Assembly (NCBI RefSeq): GCF_036588685.1
Contig: NC_086375.1
Coordinates: 41,230,001-41,294,000, forward strand
Source of the DNA: Mytilus trossulus
Taxonomy: Eukaryota
Length of the DNA: 64,000 bases
Reading direction: 5' to 3'
The notes beneath the pieces are model-generated. The model worked only from the letters and a program-made list of their open reading frames with translations. It had not been told where the DNA came from and made no database searches. The translations under genes and the position numbers were made by a program. Below are positions 1 to 9,200 of this stretch, in pieces (the first letter of the stretch is position 1; every line of letters begins with the position of its first letter).

Positions 1-270
1 AGTTGACTACAATATGTTACACTTTAATTGTATTTTTTATAAAGATGTAAAAAAAGATAGTAAAGAAAATAAAACATTAATTAAGGCTTGTTACTTTATA
101 TCATTAGTACATGTAAATGTAAGGAAGAATCATTACTGTTAATTCAAAACAAAATGCACACATTTATTATTGCAATTTTGAAGAATGGATATAATTGCAA
201 GTCGACTTATTGCGATTTAAAAAAAATCTTCATAAAGATCTATGTTTCAGTTATCAGAATGGGATTTCTT

Positions 271-570
271 ATTATTGTATAGCAATATAATATTTCCCAC
301 AGTAAATAGCCGAAGATTAGCGTGCAATAAATTCCAATATTGCACTAGTGCAATAAATTCTCAAAATTCATGACGTCGTCAACATCAAAATCTTAGTTTA
401 AACTAATTTTTACTTTCAAATATTATATTGCTATACAATAAAAGGGTTATTGCATAAATATTGGAGAATATTGTTCCTCGTAGAACATATATTGCACTCG
501 CAAGCTCGTGCAATATATCATCCTACTTGGGACAATATTCCCCAATATTCATGCAATAACCCTTTATTAT
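271..570. repeat. Palindromic non-autonomous element (two inverted-repeat pairs) in an FMO intron
   Basis: ttattgtatagcaatataatattt (~272-295) is inverted at ~418-441. A second ~125-bp imperfect hairpin has arms aaagggttattgcataaatattggagaatattgttcc (441-477) and gggacaatattccccaatattcatgcaataacccttt (529-565). Confidence 0.7.
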
Positions 571-602
571 TGCGATACTCAACATGTTGCATTGTTTGCA
601 TA

Positions 603-822
603 ACTGTAAACCAACTTATTTTTGTGAGTGATATGTTTTCGCAACTTTTGAGAGTAGAAAAATAACGCGAATATCAATCGTTGTGAATATGTACAACCTG
701 GATCTTTCCTTATTAAATTTCATCATGTAAGTCAGGAAATCGTTAAATTGAATAGCCGGGAAGTGGTCAAGAAAGGGTAAAATGTGAAATAATGTATCCG
801 CGAAAATAAGTTGGTTTACAGT
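603..822. mobile_element. MITE with 20-bp terminal inverted repeats
   Basis: actgtaaaccaacttatttt (603-622) is the exact reverse complement of aaaataagttggtttacagt (803-822). A lone copy of the same end occurs near 49110. Confidence 0.75.
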
Positions 823-869
823 ATTAAAAACGTTGCAATCATTTCTGAATTTTTCTGAATATTTTGTAG

Positions 870-2112
870 ATTGCAACAAAGAACAGATATTACCACTCAG
901 CTAGACATACAATACAGAAAGATCCTATAACTTATAATGATGAAATCTCATCTTACTTTGGTGCAAAACCAGAACTTCTAACAAATCCTACACTAGCTTG
1001 GAGGTAAGGTCTAATGGCAAACCTTGACAATAGGTGAAATGTAAATAAATTTACATGAATAATGCTTTATCAGAATTTCAAATAAAAGTTAGATTAATGT
1101 AATTTTACTGATCCAGTAAAACCCAACTGTATTTTTTTTATGTATGCTTATATATTTGATTAAATTATCTTGTGGGAAAGAACTGATTTCAACTTTAAAA
1201 ATATATTTCTATTACAATCCATTTATGATGAAACTGGGTGAGGTTAACTCATGATCCAATAGCATTATAAATGATACAATTATATTTCCCCTTTAAATTT
1301 CTGAATTATCATCTTTTGTTCCTCTTTTTAAAAGAAAAATACTTTAATATTCCATTCAATGTCTTTTTATTTATCTTCTGTTAATCCATATGTCTATCAA
1401 TTTTATCCATTTATTTTATCACTTAACATTTGTCAGCTTTATGATCATTTTAATTTACTTACTTAATTTGCATGAAAATTTCAAATGACCTTATGATTAA
1501 ATGAAGAGAGTAAACATAGGAAGATAAATATTGTTTTTTTACTTTCAGTTTTTTTTTCTTTGACCTAAAAGTAATCATTTTGATGAATTTATTTCACCAT
1601 TCTGTGGCCTCATATTTTCATGATTACCAATCTTAGTTGTCGTTTCATATTTTGGATTTGGACAGATTCTGTATACATATCTATAGTAATTGTTTCATTC
1701 TTTAAGCACCCGAACTCATGTTTGACCTTTACCAAAGAAAGTAAACAAAATGTTTTCCAAGAATAGTAATGAATCCACAGTACCTTATTTCTTTATGTTG
1801 ACTTTCATAAAATATGTAGCAAAGGTTGATTGGTATTGATAATCTTCTGAAAGTTTTTGATACACCTCTACCATGTTATAGTTGTTTTAAATTGATGTTT
1901 CTAATGACTTTTTTGCTTTCAGGTTAATATTTGGTTCTTGTGGAGCCTTTCAGTATCGATTACAAGGACCAAATACATGGTCTGGTGCTAAGGAAGCAGT
2001 GAAGAAAGTCCCTGTTACAGAAATGATGAATTATACTGGCATAGGTCTTCTTGTTATAGCTGGACTAGTTTTATACTATTTTTATTCATTTATTTGTTGT
2101 GTTTTATGTTGA
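870..2112 (+). CDS. Flavin-containing monooxygenase (FMO/dimethylaniline monooxygenase-like), last two coding exons: 870-1003 and 1923-2112; the 5' part lies outside the window
   Basis: AG/GT-bounded exons join in phase 2 to give IATKNRYYHSARHTIQKDPITYNDEISSYFGAKPELLTNPTLAWR-LIFGSCGAFQYRLQGPNTWSGAKEAVKK...IGLLVIAGLVLYYFYSFICCVLC*. This matches the FMO C-terminal RHTIQ...FGPC..YQYRLxGPxxWxGAxxA signature plus a membrane anchor. AATAAA occurs at 2449 and 2555. The ORF track misses these exons. Confidence 0.85.
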
Positions 2113-2734
2113 AAAGGATAACATTTTTATATACATAGTGTCAGCCATGACTCTATTTTGATGGTTGTACTTTCATCTATAATTTTTAACTTTTTATATA
2201 CATGTATTGTGACATGGATGGAGAGTTGCTTCATTGGCACTCATACCACATCTTCTTATTTATAAAGAACTTTGTCTTAACTTTATACATATGTACTTAA
2301 TTTAAAAGTACGAAATCTTTGCTTTTAGAAATATGTGCATTGAAACACAGATTATTTTAAGAATATGGTCTGTATAAAGTTGATAGAATACTTTTAATTA
2401 AATGTGTTAAATCCAGTAATTTAATATATATGTAGTGCTTTCAGAATCAATAAACTGTGATATTTTGCCTCCTTTGTCATTAAATATTAATTTGTTCTTC
2501 TGTAAAGGTAAATTTAGCATACTTGCATTTCGTTTTTTATTTGAAGTTATCTTCAATAAAAGTGATAATTAAGTTCCAGAATTAAATGCAAATGAACTGA
2601 CCATTTGTGAGTACTAGAATAATTGTAATAAGTTTTAATTCTTAAAACAAGGACTATTTGATGATAAATAGATCTATAGTAGGTTTTACCTGGGATTGTG
2701 GAACTGCTTTTCATATTTTATTAAATCAGGTCAA

Positions 2735-2898
2735 TTTTATATCATAAATTAAGGTACTTACCTGACATATGTACTTTAGGATTTCAATCTCGTTGGTATA
2801 AGACTCGACCGGAAGTTCAAAACGCGCGGGAACCAGATGTTATGCTACATCCGGTTTCCCATGAACTTATCAGTTTTCTTTCTCGGCGGCTTGAAAGA
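2735..2898 (+). repeat. DIRS left terminus / left inverted terminal repeat
   Basis: 2755-2898 is the reverse complement of 8628-8769 with one substitution and one small indel near the inner end. 2735-2774 is exactly complementary to ICR 8480-8519. Confidence 0.95.
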
Positions 2899-2937
2899 TA
2901 GTCGTGTATTACGTGCTCGTAATTTCTGCCGTTTGAG

Positions 2938-4384
2938 ATGGCAGAAGAAAATAGAAACGGAGATATTTCTCCGGTGGAAGAAGATACTTTGGAGGATTCC
3001 TCTCGTGAAGGGCAGAAGCCACCTTCATCTTCGTCTGTAGTTACGAAGAAAAAGAGGAAGTCGAGGTCCAAGTATTCAGAGTTAGAAGATAAGTGGAACA
3101 CAAAGTTCGGAAACTTAAATAGTAAGTTAGATAGCATGTTTGACTTGTTAAAGGGTGAACTAACAGCTAGACATGTACAGACAAGTACCGCAAATGGTGA
3201 CAATATAAATACGTCTGATAATTCACTGTCACAAAGACAGTCCAGTTCAACTTCAAGTCTGTCACAAAGACAGACGAGTAAAAGTCAGTCACAAAGACCG
3301 ACACTTAGGTCTAGAGATTCAGATAATGAATCAGCTGATGATCGTGATGATGTAATGTCTTTGCAACCAGGTCAAAACGAAGTTTTGGGTTCAGGGACAG
3401 AGTCTGACAATGAAGGCTCTAATGATGAACAGTTGTCAAGTAAGGCAAAGAAATGTTTATTTGATATTTTTGGTGAGGATGCCATTGCCAAGAAAACAGA
3501 GAAAAAAAATTGGCTTTACAATGGATGATTCTCAAAAAGAGGTTCTAATGGGTCACTGGCGTGCACTCAAACCTAATTTAGTATCAGCATTTGCTGAAGA
3601 AACTAAAGAACTATTTCCTGTTGATGAGGAAACAGAAAAATTCCTTCAGGTACCAACTTTAGATGATTTCATTGGAAATTGTTTAGTTAAAAGACATGGC
3701 AGTAAAGCATCTTTTTCTAAAGGAAAAAATTTATGCTCCCAACCTTACAAAATGCTTGAGAAAATAGCATATAGAGGACAGCAAGCAAGTTTCATGGGTA
3801 TTGTCATTTGCATGTATATGCAACAGAGTCTTGGTAATTTATTAGAATTATTATCTGATGAGACGCCTAACATTGATAAAGCTATTCAACAAGTAAGGGA
3901 CATTTTTGCTATGTCCACGAAAGAGTTGGATCAAGCTGGTAGAGCAGGTGCGTTTCACCATATTTTGAGACGTCAAATGTGTATGACTGATACATCCATG
4001 TTTCTACTTCATGATTCTAGAGACATTTCAGATTTGCCTCTGACTGGAGAAGGTGTTTTTGGGGATAACTTAGTTTCTGCTTTAAAAGCTAGAAAAGACA
4101 AAGATAAAACTCTTGATGATTTGTTGCCTGATATTTTCCCAAAAGACAGGAAAAGGAAAACACCTTCAACAGAGGATTCTAGTAAAGCTAAAAAGGCTAA
4201 AATAGAGAAATCAGATCAAAACAAAGACAAGTCATCTGAGAATTTTCGTATCCCAAAACTGTCTTCCAACACAGGACCTAGAAAGTTCACCAAAAAGACA
4301 GAGGATGGAAAATTCTCCAAACCAGATACTGGTTACAAGAAGACTCCCTTTCCGGCTAGAGGAGGGAAGTCCTTTAGAAAATGA
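2938..4384 (+). pseudogene. DIRS gag-like ORF1 (~481 aa reconstructed), one +1 frameshift in an A-run at ~3502-3509
   Basis: ORFs 2938-3528 and 3410-4384 join if one A is removed. The protein has an acidic/Ser-rich N-terminus, a core with FPV..VPTLD...RR...LPLTGEGVFG resembling the LAP2alpha-like gag of animal DIRS1, and a basic C-terminus. Confidence 0.75.
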
Positions 4385-7321
4385 CAAGGTGAGAATAGTG
4401 TTTCCGGAGATACCAGTAGGTGGTCGTCTTTTTCATTTTCTTCCAAAATGGGAAAAAATTACAAAGGACAAATGGGTTTTGGCTATAATTCAAAATGGTT
4501 ACAAACTGGAATTTTTACAAAAACCTCCGTTTTTAGGAATCAAAAAGACATTTGTAAATGTCACAAATTTGGAAATTCTAAAACAAGAAGTAAAAAGTTT
4601 ATTAGAAAAAGACGCTGTAGAAATTGTGCAAAAAACACATGTTCAGACAGGTTTCTACAGCACACTTTTCTTAGTAGAAAAGAAAAACGGAAAATTAAGA
4701 CCCGTAATAAATTTACGACCACTGAACCAGTATCTCAAGAAACAACACTTCAAAATGGATACAATGACCAAGGTTTTAAATTTAGTCAAGAAAGGAGACT
4801 GGGCTTGTTCTCTCGATTTACAAGATGCTTATTGTCGAGCCTTCGACTTTAGTCGAAAAAGCGAGACTAAGCGATCCTACTTTCCGTCGGCGTCGTCGGC
4901 GGCGTCAACAAATATTCACTCTGTGGTTAAAGTTTTTGAAATTTTAATAACTTTCTTCAACTATACTGGATTTCCGTATTTTACTATAAATGGACTTAGT
5001 TTTTTCTGCGGGGAAACAAAACATTCACTCTGTGGTTAAAGTTTTTAGAATTTTAATAACTTTCTCCAACTATCCTGGGTTTGTACCAAACTTGGACAGA
5101 AGCTTGTTTATGATCATAAGATAATATCCCGAAGTAAATTTTGTAAAAATAAAATTCCATTTTTTCTGTATTTTACTTATAAATGGACTTAGATTTTTCT
5201 GCGGGGAAACATTAAATTCACTCTGTAGTTAAATTTTTTAGAATTTTAATAACTTTCTTAAACTATCCTGGGTTTGTACCAAACTTGGACAGAAGCTTGT
5301 TTATGATCATAAGATAGTATCCAGAAGTAAATTTTGTAAATAATTAAATCCATTTTTTCCATATTTTACTTTTAAATGGACTTAGTTTTTCTGCGGGGAA
5401 CCATTACATTCACTCTGTGGTTAAAGTTTTTAAAATTTTAATAACTTTCTTAAACTATCCTTGGTTTGTACCAAACTTGGACAGAAGCTTATTTATGATC
5501 ATAAGATTGTATCCAGAAGTAAAGTTTGTAAAAAGATTACTCCGTTTTTTCTGTAATTTAGTTTTAAATGGACTTAGATTTTCTTACAATCATAAAATAG
5601 TAACAAGAGAAATATTTTTATTGATTTTTTTCCTCATTGTTGTTAAGCCTGAGATTTACAGCAAAAATAGGCGAGACACTGTGTTCCGCGGAACCCTTAC
5701 AATTTTTTTTACATGTACCAATCTTTCCAAAACATCGAAAATATCTAAGGTTTGCAATAGACGAAACAGTGTATCAGTTCAAAGTACTATGTTTCGGTCC
5801 AACAAGCTCACCTCGGGTATTTACAAAGATAGTCTCAGTTGTAGCAGCACATCTGAGAAAACTAGGTATAAGATTAGCAGTGGACCTAGACGATTGGCTT
5901 TTAGTCGATCAACAAAAATCCGCACTTGTAAAAAATCGAGACACAACCATCAGTCTCCTTACTTCTCTAGGTTTTATAATAAACACAGAAAAGTCAGAAT
6001 TAATTCCTACTCAAACAATAACATACATAGGAGGACTATTCAGACTAGATCTAGGACTAGTGTATCCAACTCCAGAGAGAATCAAAAACTTAAAAATAAC
6101 AATTATTCAGTTAATGAGGGGTCAAATAACAGCAAGACATTATTTGAAACTGCTGGGCATAATAGCATCCTGCCTAGAATTGATTCCCAACAGTCGTTTG
6201 TTCATGAGACCAATTCAAATGCACTTGTTACAAGTTTGGAGACCCTCCAAAATGAGTCTGGAATATCAAATTCCTTGTACACAAGAGCTGAAAGCTCATC
6301 TAGCATGGTGGTTGTGCCAAGCAAACACTATGAAAGGGCGGTCTCTATATCAAGGGTCAACAAGTGTAACAATCACAACAGATGCCTCGATGACAGGTTG
6401 GGGGGTCATTTAGGGACTCAAACTGTTCAGGGTCTGTGGTCAACAAATCAATTGAGATTGCTCAAACACATAAACAATCTGGAGTTGGAAGCAGTATTTC
6501 TAACAGTCAAACATTTCCTGCCTGTTTTGAAAAACAAACATGTACTAATTCGGTCAGACAATACAACGGTAGTACAGTACATAAACAAACAGGGGGGAAC
6601 AAAATCGATTCAGCTTTGCAGTCAGACATGGAATCTCTGGAATATGGTTTTGAGACACAAATTTGTAATCAAAGCAGCCCACATTGCGGGGGTAAAAAAT
6701 GTTCTAGCAGATCAACTGAGCAGGATCAAAGTAAGACCAACAGAATGGTCTCTGAACAAGGCAGTGATAAACAAGATTTTCTTGGAATGGGGATCACCAA
6801 CAATAGATCTGTTTGCCTCGGCTCAGAATCACAAGTGTCCAGTGTTTTGTGCTTGGGATCAAGATCCAACAGCACTGACACAGGATGCCCTAGCAATCGG
6901 ATGGGACAGGATGTTTGCTTATGCTTACCCTCCTCTATCCCTAATTCCGAAAGTGTTACAACACATGATAGATTATCAATGCGAGATGATTCTAATAGCA
7001 CCTTTTTGGCCAAAACAATGGTGGTATCCACAGTTACTACAACGGTTGATAGCACAACCCCTACTATTACCTCAATGGGAAAATCTGCTAGAACAAGGTC
7101 AGGGAAGATTAAAAATAGTTCATCCAAATCCAGAGATATTCAACCTGACTGCATGGCGAATATCGACAAACAATTTAAAGCAAAAGGCTTTTCAGAAAAC
7201 ACTAGAAAATTATTATCTGCCTCATGGAGATCTGGTACACACAAAGACTACAAATGTAAATTTAGACAATTCAGTAGCTGGTGTAATCAATGGAAAATTG
7301 ATCCATATGTTGCAACTTTAG
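4305..7321 (+). pseudogene. DIRS pol: reverse transcriptase, RNase H and Dam-like adenine methyltransferase domain (~713 aa reconstructed)
   Basis: RT motifs: PVGGRL, FYSTLFLVEKKNGKLRPVINLRPLN, SLDLQDAY|LHVPI, FGPTSSPRVFTK. RNase H motifs: TDAS..GWGG, HINNLELEAV, SDNTT, NVLADQLSR. Methyltransferase motifs: IDLFAS, YAYPP, APFWPKQWWYP. Lesions are the insertion 4833-5708, YLDD->DLDD (5883-5894) and a 1-nt deletion in the G-run at ~6400-6405. Confidence 0.92.
4833..5708 (+). mobile_element. Non-autonomous Helentron/DINE-1-like (HINE) element inserted in the DIRS RT
   Basis: Removing it restores gat gct tat|tta cat gta cca (DAYLHVP). It sits in a T-run with no TSD. It has a 5' hairpin ttcgacttt/agtcgaa, a short CGG/CGT microsatellite, tandem units starting at 4914, 5023, 5216 and 5408 (~192-bp period), and a 3' ggcgagac followed by the hairpin gttccgcggaac. 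Confidence 0.85.
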
Positions 7322-8133
7322 AAGAGTGTGCAAATTTTTTAGCATCTTTATTTGATAAGGGGTTAAAATATAGAACAATTGCAGGATACCGATCAATGTT
7401 ATCCTCTGTGTTGCCTCCTGTTGATAAGACACCAGTAGGACAACATCCTTACATTATCAGACTTTTAAGAGGGGTGTTTAACAGTAGACCACCTGAGCGC
7501 AAATTGCTGCCAGAATGGGATTTACCACTTGTTTTGGACATGTTCAAGAAACCTCCTTTTACTCCGATGAGATTAGCTAGCCTTAAGCATCTTACATGGA
7601 AAACTGCCTTTTTAATAGCTATTACAACTTTTCGAAGGTGTAGTGACTTACAAGCTTTAAAACTAGGCGAAGGCTCTGTCAATATTCAAGAAAAAGGAGT
7701 TACTTTTTTGAGACATGGTTTAGCTAAACAAGATAGAGCTTATCATGACAATTCAAAAATTTTCATACCAGCTTTTCCAGAGAGCAAATTATTAGATCCA
7801 AAAAGAACTCTTTACATGTATCTGAAAAGAACAGATGAACTGAGACAAAATGGGGAAAAACAAGAATTTAAATTGTTTTTATCAATTAACAAGCCTCATA
7901 AACCAGTAACAGCTCAAACAATATCACATTGGATAGTGAAAACTATCAAGATGGCTTACAAGCAGAATAAAAAGCAAATAGGCAAAGTAAGAGGTCATTC
8001 AACTAGGTCAATAGGACCATCATGGGCCCTTTTTAAGGGAGTTAGTATGAAAAATGTGTTGGATAGTGCAGATTGGGCAAAATCCACAACATTTACTAAG
8101 TTCTATTTAAAAGATGTTAATGTAAAAGAATGA
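6436..8133 (+). CDS. DIRS tyrosine recombinase ORF (recombinase domain ~7150-8133), overlapping pol in another frame
   Basis: Catalytic motifs RCSDL (R), HSTR (HxxR), ADW and FTKFY (Y nucleophile) are intact. An N-terminal integrase SAM-like segment reads SWRSGTHKDY...F..WC. Confidence 0.92.
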   Translation: MVNKSIEIAQTHKQSGVGSSISNSQTFPACFEKQTCTNSVRQYNGSTVHKQTGGNKIDSALQSDMESLEYGFETQICNQSSPHCGGKKCSSRSTEQDQSKTNRMVSEQGSDKQDFLGMGITNNRSVCLGSESQVSSVLCLGSRSNSTDTGCPSNRMGQDVCLCLPSSIPNSESVTTHDRLSMRDDSNSTFLAKTMVVSTVTTTVDSTTPTITSMGKSARTRSGKIKNSSSKSRDIQPDCMANIDKQFKAKGFSENTRKLLSASWRSGTHKDYKCKFRQFSSWCNQWKIDPYVATLEECANFLASLFDKGLKYRTIAGYRSMLSSVLPPVDKTPVGQHPYIIRLLRGVFNSRPPERKLLPEWDLPLVLDMFKKPPFTPMRLASLKHLTWKTAFLIAITTFRRCSDLQALKLGEGSVNIQEKGVTFLRHGLAKQDRAYHDNSKIFIPAFPESKLLDPKRTLYMYLKRTDELRQNGEKQEFKLFLSINKPHKPVTAQTISHWIVKTIKMAYKQNKKQIGKVRGHSTRSIGPSWALFKGVSMKNVLDSADWAKSTTFTKFYLKDVNVKE

Positions 8134-8479
8134 GCTCTTCCTCGGCGAGTCGCTGAGGGAGAGTGTATATATGTTTTTCGTTATGTGGGAATGGTGGTGG
8201 ATTTTAAATGCACATAGATGACAGTTTGCCTGAGTGTTTAAAAACACAGGTTTTTAACGGCCAATCTGTATGATCAGATGTTTTTCAACGTTGTTGAAAT
8301 AAATATAAACTACGGAACTACATAGTAAGTGTACGTATTTCCATGTATAATAAGTTGTATATACTAGAGTTTATAGTTTGTGATTTATTGGAAGAAGAAG
8401 TATTTTAAGAAAACTTTTTGTCAAAACTTCCTGCTACAAATTATTGCTTTGTAATCAATAGAAATCCTAAAGTACAAAT

Positions 8480-8581
8480 GTACATATGTCAGGTAAGTAC
8501 CTTAATTTATGATATAAAATTCAAAAATTTGAACTCAAATTCAAATTTTATGAATAAATTATACTTACCTGACATATGTAC
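8480..8581 (+). repeat. DIRS internal complementary region (ICR)
   Basis: 8480-8519 is the exact reverse complement of the left end 2735-2774. 8520-8581 is the exact reverse complement of the right end 8750-8811. Together they spell the circle junction. Confidence 0.95.
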
Positions 8582-8627
8582 TACCCACCCTTCCTCCCCA
8601 GGAAGTTTTTAAGTTTTCTTAACGGGG

Positions 8628-8811
8628 TCTTTCAAGCCGCCGTGAGAAAACTGATAAGTTCATGGGAAACCGGATGTAGCATAACATCTGGTTCCCGCGC
8701 GTTTTGAACTTCCGGTCGAGTCTAATACCAACGAGATTGAAATCCTAAAGTACATATGTCAGGTAAGTATAATTTATTCATAAAATTTGAATTTGAGTTC
8801 AAATTTTTGAA
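8628..8811 (+). repeat. DIRS right inverted terminal repeat plus 3' extension
   Basis: 8628-8769 is complementary to the left ITR. The 8770-8811 extension is complementary only to the ICR. Confidence 0.95.
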
Positions 8812-8866
8812 ATTTATTGAAAATTATCAATACTCCCTTTTTAAGTGGAACCACTCATAAATTCGT

Positions 8867-8972
8867 TTTTAGCTCACCTGACGCAAAGGGCCAAGTAAGC
8901 ATTTGTCATCACTTGGTGTACATCGTCTGTCCTCCGTTAACTTTTACAAAAATCTTCTCCTCTGAAACTACT
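8867..8972 (+). mobile_element. 5' fragment of a Helentron-type (HINE) repeat
   Basis: tttttagctcacctg...aagtaagc...catcacttgg...cttctcctctgaaactact closely matches the start of the copy at 10033. Confidence 0.75.
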
Positions 8973-9200
8973 ATTTTTCTTTTATATACACATTAAAATT
9001 CAACTCCAATAAATCAATCTAAGTGTTTGAGTAGTTCTTAATACAGTGATTTTTTTTTAGAAATGTATAATTGTTTACTTTTTTAAATGTTATTTGGTGG
9101 GAGAGTTGTCTCATTGGTAGTCACACCACATCTTCCTATATCTAGCATAAAGATGCGAAATAACACCAGTCCTGACTACTTGGCCTGTAAGAGTTCTATT

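Larger units (their letters stand above)
2735..8811 (+). mobile_element. DIRS1-type tyrosine-recombinase retrotransposon, full length, disabled
   Basis: Carries a gag-like ORF, an RT-RNaseH-methyltransferase ORF and an overlapping YR ORF. Inverted terminal repeats are at 2755-2898 and 8628-8769, with an internal complementary region at 8480-8581. No target-site duplication is seen and the ends are T/A-rich. Confidence 0.95.

Noticed and set aside
4914-5600. Regularly spaced repeats resembling a CRISPR array
   Set aside because: Whole ~192-bp units are repeated with no unique spacers. The context is eukaryotic, inside a Helentron-type element, with no cas genes.
5417-7321. 634-aa ORF as a single real protein
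   Set aside because: It is a chimera: the start lies in the inserted repeat, the middle is the YR-overlap frame, and only the part after the ~6404 frameshift is pol.
8561-8571. ATACTTACCTG as the start of a U1 snRNA gene
   Set aside because: Only the first 11 nt match. The downstream sequence is DIRS ICR with no U1 stem-loops or Sm site.
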